From an uncultured Solirubrobacteraceae bacterium (GTDB lineage: Bacteria; Actinomycetota; Thermoleophilia; Solirubrobacterales; Solirubrobacteraceae), in assembly GCA_963830595.1 (NCBI GenBank), contig CAWHMQ010000002.1, positions 16,864 through 80,863 on the forward strand: DNA of 64,000 bases. The letters run 5' to 3'. The position numbers and the translations under genes were made by a program. Of the stretch, positions 27,396 to 35,999 are shown piece after piece. The notes below the pieces were generated by a model. That model saw only the letters and a list, made by a program, of their open reading frames with translations. It did not search any database and was not told the origin of the DNA. How positions within the stretch are numbered: the first letter of the stretch is position 1; every line of letters starts with the position of its first letter.

Positions 27396-29600
27396 TCACG
27401 AGACCTCTGCTTGTGGCTGCGGATGGATAACGGGGGCAGGCGACGACCGGTGTCCGACCGGATCGTGACCCTGCCCTTCGACGTTGAGGCGGGGCAGGAC
27501 GCGGTCCAGCGCCTTGGGCAGCCACCAGTTGTACTTCCCGATCGTGAGCATCAGGCTGGGGACGAGGACGCCGCGCACGATCAGGGCATCGAGGAGCACG
27601 GCCGCGGCCAGGCCGACCCCGAAGAGCTTGATCGTGAGCTCACCGCCGAGGACGAACGCGGCGAACACGAGCACCATGATCGCGGCGGCGGCCGTGATCG
27701 TACGCCCGGTGGCCGCAAGGCCGTGCACGACCGCCTCGGTGTTGTTCTTGCGGCGATGCCATTCCTCGTAGATGCGGCTGACCAGGAACACCTCGTAGTC
27801 CATCGACAGGCCGAACAGGATCGCGAACACGATCACCGGCAAGAACGCCGCGATCGGCCCGGTCCGGCTGACCCCGATCAGACTGGCCAGCCATCCCCAC
27901 TGAAAGACGGCGGTCACCACCCCGAACGCGGCGCCGACCGACAGGAGGTTCATGACGGCTGCCATGAAGGGGACCACGAGGCTTCGAAAGACGGCCATCA
28001 GCAGGATGAACGAGAGCAGCACCACGACCCCGATGAACAACGGCAGCTTGCCGGCGAGGACGCTCGAGAAGTCTCCGAACATCGCGGTCTGCCCGCCCAC
28101 GAGCACCTGGATCCGGCCCTGGGCGGCGGCGGGGATCACGTGCCGGCGTACGGTGGTGATGAGATCGCTGGTGGAGGCGTCCTGCGGCGAGCCCTTCGGG
28201 ATCACCTGGGCGGTGGCGACGCCTCCCGGGAGCACGGTCGCGGGGCTTACCGAGACGACGTCAGGGGTGTGTGAGACAGCGCTCAGCACCCGGTGAAACT
28301 GCTGGGGCTGACCCGGAGCGCCGACCTTGGCGACCAGCAGCAGCGGACCGTTGGAGCCGGGCCCGAACCCCTCGGCGAGCAGGTCATAGGCCTTGCGGGT
28401 CGTGGTGCTGCCCGGATCGGACCCGGAATCGCTGGAGCCCAGGCGGATGGACAGCACCGGGATGGCGATGATCAGCATCACCGCCGCGGCCACGACGGCG
28501 AACGCCCCGGGGCGCTTGTGGAGTGTCCGCGCCCAGCGAGCCCACAGCGGTGACTCGTCGTTGAGGGTCAGCTCGCCGGCGGCCAGAGCGCGGCGGGCGC
28601 GGCGCGTGAGCACCCGGGGGCCGAAGAATCCCAGCAGCGCCGGCAGCAGCGTCAACGCCGCGAGCACCGTGAAGGCGACGACTACGCTCGCGGCGATCCC
28701 GACGCCGCTGAGGAAGCTCAGACCGAGGGCGATCATGCCCAGCAGCGCGATGCAGACGGTCATCCCGGCGAACAGGACGGCGCGCCCGGACGTGTCCAGG
28801 GACTCGACCACCGCCTCCTCGCTCGGCTTGCCGCGCATCACCGCCTGGCGGTAGCGCGTGACGATGAACAGGGCGTAGTCGACCCCCACACCGAGCCCGA
28901 TCAGCAGCGCCAGCTGCGAGCTGAACGAGGGCATCGAGACGACATGGGAGAGCATCCCCATGATCGCGATCCCGGTGGCCAGCGCGAACCCCGCGGCGAT
29001 CAGCGGCAGCACCGCCGCCAGCACCGAGCCGAACACGAGCACCAGCACGGCCATGGCCGCGACGATCCCGATGCCGAGCCCGCCGATCCCCTGCGGGTTG
29101 GCGCGGGTGATCGCCTGTCCACCGAGCTGGACCTCCACCGTGGAGCTGTCGGCCGCCTGTGCGACCGAGACGACTCGCTTGATGTTGGCCAGCGGCACGG
29201 TATTGGCCTGCTGATCGAAGGTGACCGTCGCGTAGGCGACGGTGCCGTAACGAGAGATCTGATGAGCGCCGCGCGCGGCATACGGCGACGCGATCGCGCC
29301 GACGTGCGGCACCTGCGCGACCCGGGAGAGCATCGCGCTCACCCGAGCCCGCACGGCTGGATCGGTGATTTTGGCCCCGTGGGTGGCGATCACGATCTGG
29401 TCCCGGTCGCCCGAGACTCTGGGAGCGGCATGCTGCAACAGCGCGGTCGCCCGCGAGCTCTCGGTCCCCTTCAACGAGAACGAGTTGCTGTAGCTGCTCC
29501 CGATCGAGCTCGCGAGGGCCGTGGCCCCGATCGCAAGGACGAGCCACAGGGCGAGGACGGCACGACGATGCTTCACGGACCAGCGGGCCAGGTTGCGCAC
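27396..29600 (-). CDS. MMPL family (RND superfamily) transporter
   Basis: 734 aa with the two-fold 6-TM plus periplasmic-domain architecture. MRNLARWSVKHRRAVLALWLVLAIG and GVGVDYALFIVTRYR / GLSMDYEVFLVSRI are MmpL hallmarks. Confidence 0.9.
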   Translation of the reverse strand: MRNLARWSVKHRRAVLALWLVLAIGATALASSIGSSYSNSFSLKGTESSRATALLQHAAPRVSGDRDQIVIATHGAKITDPAVRARVSAMLSRVAQVPHVGAIASPYAARGAHQISRYGTVAYATVTFDQQANTVPLANIKRVVSVAQAADSSTVEVQLGGQAITRANPQGIGGLGIGIVAAMAVLVLVFGSVLAAVLPLIAAGFALATGIAIMGMLSHVVSMPSFSSQLALLIGLGVGVDYALFIVTRYRQAVMRGKPSEEAVVESLDTSGRAVLFAGMTVCIALLGMIALGLSFLSGVGIAASVVVAFTVLAALTLLPALLGFFGPRVLTRRARRALAAGELTLNDESPLWARWARTLHKRPGAFAVVAAAVMLIIAIPVLSIRLGSSDSGSDPGSTTTRKAYDLLAEGFGPGSNGPLLLVAKVGAPGQPQQFHRVLSAVSHTPDVVSVSPATVLPGGVATAQVIPKGSPQDASTSDLITTVRRHVIPAAAQGRIQVLVGGQTAMFGDFSSVLAGKLPLFIGVVVLLSFILLMAVFRSLVVPFMAAVMNLLSVGAAFGVVTAVFQWGWLASLIGVSRTGPIAAFLPVIVFAILFGLSMDYEVFLVSRIYEEWHRRKNNTEAVVHGLAATGRTITAAAAIMVLVFAAFVLGGELTIKLFGVGLAAAVLLDALIVRGVLVPSLMLTIGKYNWWLPKALDRVLPRLNVEGQGHDPVGHRSSPAPVIHPQPQAEVS

Positions 29601-29668
29601 GGGCTTGGACTGCCTTTTTCGACGGTGACGAGAGAAAGAAGTAAGACTGCGCGGTCACCTTAGCCGAT

Positions 29669-29685
29669 TCGTTTAGACTAAACGA
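29669..29685. promoter_or_regulatory. Candidate TetR operator: perfect 7-3-7 palindrome TCGTTTA-GAC-TAAACGA
   Basis: Seen in the 194-bp divergent intergenic region between the MMPL gene (start 29600) and the tetR gene (start 29795). Confidence 0.5.
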
Positions 29686-29794
29686 GACTATCCGGTCATT
29701 TTATTGAACGCTTAGGCGCCCGGTCGTTCGCGGCCTCAGATGCCCCGGGTCGTTCTCTCACCCTCAGATGCCCCCGCCTCTTCCGCACCCGTAG

Positions 29795-30493
29795 ATGCCC
29801 TCGCCCCCCTCGCATCCCGCCCACCGGCGCGCTGACTACCTCCGCAACCAGACGGCCCTGCTCGAGGCGGCGCGCGCGGTGTTCGCGGAGCAGGGCGCCG
29901 ACGGTTCCATCGACGAGGTCGTCCACCGGGCCGGCTGCGCCAAGGGCACGTTCTTCCGGCACTTCGCCACCAAGGAGATGCTGGTGCAGGCCCTCCTGGC
30001 GGACCGGCTCGCCAAGCTTGCGGAGATCGCCCACGAGATAAACGCCAGCCACGCTCCGGGGTGGAGCACCTTGAGCCTCATGATGGAGCGCTTTCTCGAC
30101 CCGATCGCCGACGACCGGTCGCTGGCCGAGTTCCTGGATCGAGGCGAGCCGATCGTGGACACCGAAGACATCGAACGCGCCCGCCGGGCGCTCTCCGACG
30201 AGGTCGAAGGCGCCCTCGCTGCCGCGCAGGCCACGGGTGAGGTGCGAGCCGATGTCACCGCTACCGATCTCCCGGCGATCGTGTGGATGATCACGAGGAG
30301 TACCGCGCGGCGGCACACCGCTCACCCCAACCTCGGCCGCCGCTACCTGCGGCTCTTCCTCGACGGCATCCGCAGCGGCAACACCAGCGATCTCGGGGAG
30401 CCGCCCCTGTCCCGCGCCGAACGCAAGCACGCCCGGCAGGCCCGGCAAGCTCGGGCCTCAAAGACGGCCGGGGGACTCGCCGAAGCCCACTGA
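29795..30493 (+). CDS. TetR/AcrR family transcriptional regulator
   Basis: The HTH segment is LLEAARAVFAEQGADGSIDEVVHRAGCAKGTFFRHFATKEML. It is divergent from the MMPL gene. Confidence 0.88.
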   Translation: MPSPPSHPAHRRADYLRNQTALLEAARAVFAEQGADGSIDEVVHRAGCAKGTFFRHFATKEMLVQALLADRLAKLAEIAHEINASHAPGWSTLSLMMERFLDPIADDRSLAEFLDRGEPIVDTEDIERARRALSDEVEGALAAAQATGEVRADVTATDLPAIVWMITRSTARRHTAHPNLGRRYLRLFLDGIRSGNTSDLGEPPLSRAERKHARQARQARASKTAGGLAEAH

Positions 30494-30574
30494 TCGCACT
30501 CGTCGTCGATTTGCGCTGCCGACCGGCGTTCGCGATGCTGTCGCGATCAGCCATCTCACTCGCAAAGGATCAAC

Positions 30575-31045
30575 GTGAGCACTTCACAGACCGCAGGGCT
30601 GGTCACGGACATGGCGGGACTCTCCGAGCTGGTCGGCAAGCACGCCGGCTACACGCAGTGGCGCGAGATGACCCAGGAGCGCGTCAACCAGTTCGCCGAC
30701 GCCACCGACGACCACCAGTACATCCACGTCGACGTGGAGCGGGCCAAGCAGTCGCCATTCGGCGGCACGATCGCACACGGATACCTGACTCTGTCGCTGC
30801 TGGCGCCGATCATCGGTGAGCTGGTCAAGGTCACCGACGCCACCACCGGCGTCAACTACGGACTCGACCGGGTGCGCTTTCCCGCGCCGCTGCCCGTGGG
30901 GGCACAGTGGCGCGGCGGAGCCGAGATCCTGGAGCTGAGCGAGATTCCGGGCGGCGTCCAGATCAAGGTTCGGGCCACCGTGGAGGTCAAGGCCACCGAG
31001 AAGCCGGCGCTGGTGGCCGAAGCGCTGGTTCGCCTGTATCGCTAG
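30575..31045 (+). CDS. MaoC-like (R)-specific enoyl-CoA hydratase / hot-dog fold dehydratase
   Basis: 156 aa. FADATDDHQYIHVDVERAKQSPFGGTIAHGYLTLSL is the MaoC dehydratase motif. The start codon is GTG. Confidence 0.85.
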   Translation: MSTSQTAGLVTDMAGLSELVGKHAGYTQWREMTQERVNQFADATDDHQYIHVDVERAKQSPFGGTIAHGYLTLSLLAPIIGELVKVTDATTGVNYGLDRVRFPAPLPVGAQWRGGAEILELSEIPGGVQIKVRATVEVKATEKPALVAEALVRLYR

Positions 31046-31263
31046 CCGAAAGCTGGCGACGGGGAGCCCTCGACCCGAGCCGTCGACCCAAGACGCCGAC
31101 CCAAGACGCCGACCGGAGCTTAATGAGAGCGCCCCGGTACCGGCGGGATATGAGGCCGGACTCGGGGCGCGCTCGAGGGAGGAGAGGTACTGCGCCAGTC
31201 ATGATGACACGCCGACCCTAGAAGTCCAAGACGAGTACCCGCCGGTACTTATAATTAGACCTT

Positions 31264-32187
31264 ATGGATCTCCGTCAACTCCGCTACCTGGTGGCTCTCG
31301 CCGAGGAGCTCAACTTCACGCGCGCGGCTGCCAGCGAGCACATCGCCCAGCCCGCGCTCTCCCAGCAGATCCGGCGCCTCGAGGACGAGCTCGGCCTGGC
31401 CCTGGTGGAAAGGACGACCCGCCACGTCGCTCTGACCGACGCCGGCGAGGTGCTCGTCGTCCGGGCGCGACGGGTGCTGGCGGAGCTCGAGTCCGCCCAC
31501 ACCGAGCTCGAGGCGCTGCGCGGCATGAACACCGGCCACGTCACCATCGGGGCGATGCACACGATGGGTCCCGTCGACCTGTCGCTGGTCCTGGCGCGAT
31601 TTCACGAGCGCCACCCCAACGTGGGTCTGACCGTCCGTGAGCAGTCCAGTGAGGAGATGGCCGGGATGCTGCGCGACGACGAGCTTGACCTGGCGTTTCT
31701 GTCGGTGACCGAACGCGTCGAGGCCCACGGCCTGGGCCTCTATCAGCTGGTCTCCGAGGAGCTGGTCGCGCTCCTGCCCCCCGGCCATCGGCTCGCGGGC
31801 CGCAGCCAGGTGCGGATGAGCGAGCTGTCAGGCGAGCAGTTCATCAGCTTCCGCGAGGGAGCGAGGCTGCGTGAGCTGCTGCTGAGCGCCGCGCGTGACG
31901 CCCACTTTGAGCCTCGGGTGACGCTCGAGTCAAACGAGAGCCAGCGGATCCGGCGGCTCGTCTCCCGCGGACTCGGGGTCGCCATCCTGCCGCGCTCGGA
32001 CGCCATCGACCCCGGCGCCGACGTGGCTGTGGTCACGCTCGTGGACCCCGCCCTGCGTCGCGACATAACGCTCGCCTGGCGCGAAGGCCGGCGCCACGCT
32101 CCGGCCGCGCGGGCTTTTCTGGAGCTGGCTCGTGAGACCTTCGGCGACGTCGAAACCGGCGGCGATCTCCCGAGGCTCTACTTCTAG
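31264..32187 (+). CDS. LysR family transcriptional regulator
   Basis: MDLRQLRYLVALAEELNFTRAAASEHIAQPALSQQIRRLEDELG is the LysR wHTH. A LysR substrate-binding domain follows. Confidence 0.9.
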   Translation: MDLRQLRYLVALAEELNFTRAAASEHIAQPALSQQIRRLEDELGLALVERTTRHVALTDAGEVLVVRARRVLAELESAHTELEALRGMNTGHVTIGAMHTMGPVDLSLVLARFHERHPNVGLTVREQSSEEMAGMLRDDELDLAFLSVTERVEAHGLGLYQLVSEELVALLPPGHRLAGRSQVRMSELSGEQFISFREGARLRELLLSAARDAHFEPRVTLESNESQRIRRLVSRGLGVAILPRSDAIDPGADVAVVTLVDPALRRDITLAWREGRRHAPAARAFLELARETFGDVETGGDLPRLYF

Positions 32188-32357
32188 GGCCGCGGCCCGC
32201 GACGAATCCAGCGCACGTTCCGTGAAACAAATCGTCGCGGAATGCGTATTCCGTAGGAGCCGGGGGAACCTTCCGGGGAGGGCGTAGATACCCCCATCAC
32301 CAGTTTCGGGGAACGGCCTCGATGCCCCGGGCGCGAGTTTCTTAGAGCTTCATAAGT

Positions 32358-32381
32358 AAAGTTCGATAACCATCGAACTTT
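32358..32381. promoter_or_regulatory. Perfect 10-bp inverted repeat AAAGTTCGAT-AACC-ATCGAACTTT in an AT-rich island upstream of the sigma factor gene
   Basis: It sits ~28 nt upstream of the ATG at 32409, inside a stretch of about 80 nt that looks close to 40% GC in a ~70% GC genome. It could be an operator or an RNA hairpin followed by TTTT. Confidence 0.5.
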
Positions 32382-32408
32382 TGCTACTATTAGCTACGGA
32401 TAGAACTC

Positions 32409-33464
32409 ATGCGAAACACGGAGACAGTCCTGAAACCTTTTGACTCAGAGGCCCGCGAGGCCCCCGTCCAGGGGCACAGCGAGCGTCACGAAAACAATTC
32501 ACGTTCGCGGTCACGCGGCGAGCATCCCGCAGCCACGGCTGCGCCTGCACGCCGGCGTCAGACCCGGCGTCGTGCACCGCGCTCCGGCGAGCATCGCCCG
32601 GGCGACGAGGCACGGACGGCCCCCGGGGCGTTTGCCGGAGGCATGACCGAGAACTCGCTTGACCTGTTCCTGCGGGCAGCCCGCGCCCACGCGCTGCTGA
32701 CAGCCGAGGAGGAGATCGAGCTCGCCAAGCGCATCGAGCGCGGCGACCTTGCCGCCAAGGAGCGGATGATCAACGCCAACCTGCGCCTGGTCGTCTCCCA
32801 GGCCCGCCGTTACCAGGGTCACGGGCTGCCGATGGAGGACCTCGTCCAGGAGGGGATGCTGGGCCTGATCCGCGCGGTCGAGAAGTTCGACTGGCGGCGC
32901 GGGTTCAAGTTCTCCACCTACGGGACGCTGTGGATCAGGCAGGCCCTGCAGCGCGGCCTCCAGAACCACGGGCGGACGATTCGCCTGCCCGTGCACGTCG
33001 CTCAGCGCCAGACCAAGGTGCGCAAGATCGAGTCAGAGCTCTCGACCAAGCTGGGACGGGAGCCCACCGACGAGGAGATCGCGGCCCAGGCCAAGATCGA
33101 CGTCGAGGAGGTGGCCGAGCTGCGGGAGCTGACTCGCGGGCTCACCAGCCTCGATCAGCCGGTCGGCGAGGACGGCGAGACATCGTTCGGCGACCTGCTG
33201 GCCAGCGAGCGTCCAGAGCCCGAAGAGGAGGTCGAGGACGCCGAGCGCCAGGAGCTCATCAGCGGTGCCGTGGCAAAGCTGCCCGAGGCCGAGCGCAACG
33301 TGATCCGTCTGCGTTTCGGCCTCGTCGGAGCCGAGCCGCTGAACCTCCGCCAGACCGGAATCGAGCTAGGCATCCCGCTCTCCAAGGCTCGGGAGCTCGA
33401 GCAGCAGGGCCTCAGCCGCCTGGCGATGAGCTCGAGCCTCGAAGAGCTCCGCCGCGCCGCCTAG
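32409..33464 (+). CDS. RNA polymerase sigma-70 family factor (group 1/2-like, regions 1.2-4)
   Basis: Region 2: ANLRLVVSQARRYQGHGLPMEDLVQEGMLGLIRAVEKFDWRRGFKFSTYGTLWIRQAL. Region 4: RNVIRLRFGL...LRQTGIELGIPLSKARELEQQGLSRL. The start is either the ATG at 32409 (basic N-terminal extension) or the ATG at 32643 (MTENSLDLF). Confidence 0.88.
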   Translation: MRNTETVLKPFDSEAREAPVQGHSERHENNSRSRSRGEHPAATAAPARRRQTRRRAPRSGEHRPGDEARTAPGAFAGGMTENSLDLFLRAARAHALLTAEEEIELAKRIERGDLAAKERMINANLRLVVSQARRYQGHGLPMEDLVQEGMLGLIRAVEKFDWRRGFKFSTYGTLWIRQALQRGLQNHGRTIRLPVHVAQRQTKVRKIESELSTKLGREPTDEEIAAQAKIDVEEVAELRELTRGLTSLDQPVGEDGETSFGDLLASERPEPEEEVEDAERQELISGAVAKLPEAERNVIRLRFGLVGAEPLNLRQTGIELGIPLSKARELEQQGLSRLAMSSSLEELRRAA

Positions 33465-33474
33465 AGCCTCTCAC

Positions 33475-33519
33475 GCCGGCCGCCCCCTGGGTCTTGATAC
33501 TCGGGGGCGCGGCCGGCGT
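33475..33519. terminator. GC-rich hairpin between convergent sigma factor and ClC genes
   Basis: CGCCGGCCGCCCCC - 15-nt loop - GGGGGCGCGGCCGGCG (one bulge). It starts 11 nt after the sigma gene stop. There is no clear U-tract. Confidence 0.45.
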
Positions 33520-33571
33520 CTCGTCTATCGGCCGTCCGGCGGGCCGCTCAGCCATCGGCCCACCGGGCCGC

Positions 33572-35029
33572 TCAGCGGTCGTCTTGCCGAGGCGCGGTTT
33601 CCTCGCCCGGCAGGGTCTGGGACCGGTTCAGGGACTCGATCGCGGCCGCCCCGGCCCCGCCGCCGGAGGGCGCGTCGGGATCGTCGCGCAGGCGCGCCGA
33701 GTAGATCGACTGCGCTCCCAGCCGACGCGCGATCACCGTGGCCTCGATGACCGCCAGCAACGTCGGCGCCATCAGGGAATCGAAGTTGCGCGTCAGCTCG
33801 AGCACCAGGACCACGCCTGAGAGCGGGCCCTGCATCGCGGCCGCCAGAAACGCGCCGCCGCCGATCACCGCGTAGCTGCCGAGCGGCGCCCCCGGCCAGA
33901 TGTGGGTCCAGACCGTTCCCAGCACGCTCGCCAGCAGCGCTCCGATGGTCAGGGTCGGCGTGAACAGGCCGCCCGGGGAACCAGCGCCCAGGCATCCCGC
34001 GGTGGCCAGCGGCTTGAGCACCAGCAACACGCACAGCAGGCCGAAGGACACGCTGCCCACCGCGGCGAGCTGGACGACGCCCTTGCCGTTGCCCAGTAGC
34101 TGCGGGTATTGGGTGGAGACCACGCCGAGAATGCCGAACACGACCACCGGAGCCACGAAGCGACCCCACCGCTGGGGGCGGCGATCGGCGGCGAAGGTGA
34201 TCAGACGCACCCAGCCGATTGCCACCACTCCGATGATGGGTCCGGCGAGCAGCGCCCAGACCAGCTGACTGGGGTGCACGGCGTAGCGGGGCAGGCGGTA
34301 GGTGGCCCCGGTGCCCAGCGTGATCCAGGCGACCGCGGTCGCGATCACGGCGGTGGCAAGCGCCGGGAGGACGAGCGGCAGCGCGATCGTGCCGAGCAGC
34401 ACCTCCAGCGCGAACAGCCCGCCTCCCAGTGGGACGTTGTAGACGGCCGCAAACCCCGCCCCGGCGCCCGACGCGACCAGCAAGCGGCGCTGCCAGAGCG
34501 GTAGCTGCGCCCAATCGGACAGCCGGCTCGCGGTGGCGGCGCCGACGAGCTGGGGGGCCGCCTCCCGTCCCAGGGAGACCCCGAGCCCAACGGTCACGAT
34601 CGACAGCACCCCCCGGCCCACGCTGGGCACCCAGTCCAGCCGGGCCCCCTTCAGCCACAGCGCCTCCGAGACCTCTCCCCCTCCCGAGGTCGGGAGGCGC
34701 CCCAGGATCAGCGTGCCGACGCCGACCACCGCGGCCGCCAGCAGCAGCGCCACGACGCGCCGCCACTTCGCCGCGGCGGCGACTCCGTCCAGGAACGGAC
34801 CGCGCCGGTATCCGTAGGCGAGATGCTCGACGAGGTGCAGCAGACCGACGAGAGCGGCCGCTCCGAGGCCGGCGGTAATCCCGAGCACGACCACGATCAG
34901 CCAGAACCGGGCCGAATAGGAGGCGATGATCCCCCGGCCGGGAACGTTGGGCTGGAGCGAGAACCACCTCGCGGCGCGCTCCTGCCGAGGCCCCGAGCCG
35001 CGGGTTCCCCCGGTCGTGGCCTGGGTCAC
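33572..35029 (-). CDS. ClC family voltage-gated chloride channel/antiporter
   Basis: 485 aa and polytopic. Selectivity-filter-type motifs are GLGVSLGREAAP, AVYNVPLGGGLFALE and GSPGGLFTPTL. Confidence 0.85.
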   Translation of the reverse strand: MTQATTGGTRGSGPRQERAARWFSLQPNVPGRGIIASYSARFWLIVVVLGITAGLGAAALVGLLHLVEHLAYGYRRGPFLDGVAAAAKWRRVVALLLAAAVVGVGTLILGRLPTSGGGEVSEALWLKGARLDWVPSVGRGVLSIVTVGLGVSLGREAAPQLVGAATASRLSDWAQLPLWQRRLLVASGAGAGFAAVYNVPLGGGLFALEVLLGTIALPLVLPALATAVIATAVAWITLGTGATYRLPRYAVHPSQLVWALLAGPIIGVVAIGWVRLITFAADRRPQRWGRFVAPVVVFGILGVVSTQYPQLLGNGKGVVQLAAVGSVSFGLLCVLLVLKPLATAGCLGAGSPGGLFTPTLTIGALLASVLGTVWTHIWPGAPLGSYAVIGGGAFLAAAMQGPLSGVVLVLELTRNFDSLMAPTLLAVIEATVIARRLGAQSIYSARLRDDPDAPSGGGAGAAAIESLNRSQTLPGEETAPRQDDR

Positions 35030-35215
35030 GAGGCGATCGGGCCTCGCCCTTCGGGGCAGATCATCTGCGCGGCGCCTCCGGGTCGAATGTCGCGTTCGCC
35101 CCTAAGCCTGGCAGGTTTGCCGGGGGCGAGCGCCGCGCGGGCGACTCCCGGCCTGCCCCGTGCCGCGGGAGTCCATGCCGCCGGCGGGCGGGCGGGCATA
35201 CGCTAGGCTTGCCGC

Positions 35216-35977
35216 GTGTCGTCGCTTCGCTACCGCCGGGTGGTGGTCAAGCTCAGCGGGCGCGCCTTCGCGGGCGCCGCCGCCTTCGGTTTGGACTCCG
35301 CGGCGCTGGGCTATGTGGCCGACCAGTTGATCGCGGCGCGAGCCCTCGGAGTAGAAGAGGCGGTGGTGGTCGGAGGGGGCAACTTCTTCCGCGGCAACGT
35401 GGCCGACGAGTGGAACATCGAGCGCGCCGAAGCCGACAACATCGGCATGCTGGGCACGGTCATGAACGGCATCCTGCTGCGCGGCGTCCTCAAGCACCGC
35501 GGGCTCGAGGATGTCCGGCTGATGACCGCGCTGCCGATGCCGTCGATGGCCGAGCCGTTCATTCGCCTGCGAGCTCTGTCGCATCTCGAGCGCGACCGCA
35601 TGGTGCTGCTCGGCTGCGGAATCGGCCAGCCCTACGTGACCACCGACTATCCGGCGGTGCAGCGTGCCGTCGAGCTTCGCGCCGACGCGATCCTGCTGGC
35701 CAAGCACGGCACCGACGGGATCTACGACCGGGACCCGCGTAACGACCCGGCGGCGGAGCGCTATGACTCGCTGGGTTACAGCGACGTGCTGGAGCGTGAC
35801 CTTCGGGTGATGGACCAGGCCGCGATCGTGCTGGCGCGGGATTACGACCTCCCCCTGCACGTGTTCGACTTCGACGAGCGCGACGCGATCTCGGCCATCT
35901 GCTGCGGCGAGAACCGCGGCACGTACATCTCGCCTGCGACGAGGCTCGTCAAGTCAGTCCCGACGCCGGTCGCCTGA
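35216..35977 (+). CDS. pyrH: UMP kinase
   Basis: YRRVVVKLSGRAF, VVVGGGNFFRG and NIGMLGTVMNGILL are present. The start is GTG. It is not flanked by tsf or frr here. Confidence 0.88.
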   Translation: MSSLRYRRVVVKLSGRAFAGAAAFGLDSAALGYVADQLIAARALGVEEAVVVGGGNFFRGNVADEWNIERAEADNIGMLGTVMNGILLRGVLKHRGLEDVRLMTALPMPSMAEPFIRLRALSHLERDRMVLLGCGIGQPYVTTDYPAVQRAVELRADAILLAKHGTDGIYDRDPRNDPAAERYDSLGYSDVLERDLRVMDQAAIVLARDYDLPLHVFDFDERDAISAICCGENRGTYISPATRLVKSVPTPVA

Positions 35978-35999
35978 CTCGACGCCGGCCCCAGCGGTC

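Noticed and set aside
31081-31265. CGACCCAAGACGC direct repeat (x2.5, ~31081-31115), an 11-bp long-range inverted repeat GTACCGGCGGG/CCCGCCGGTAC (~31136 and ~31233), and an ATAA-N7-TTAT LysR-type box overlapping the lysR ATG.
   Set aside because: These are real in the sequence but short, and they are expected by chance at some frequency in GC-rich DNA. The T-N11-A box overlaps the start codon rather than a divergent promoter. I cannot support a specific function without binding or conservation data.
35030-35215. Possible fluoride (crcB-motif) riboswitch upstream of the ClC gene, because CLC-F genes often carry one.
   Set aside because: The minus-strand leader lacks the conserved GGCGAUG...AAAC(C/U)GCC...GCUGAUG(A/G) core. 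Only a weak GCAGATGATCTGCC resemblance is present. The ClC protein has ordinary chloride-type GREAAP/GxFxP motifs.
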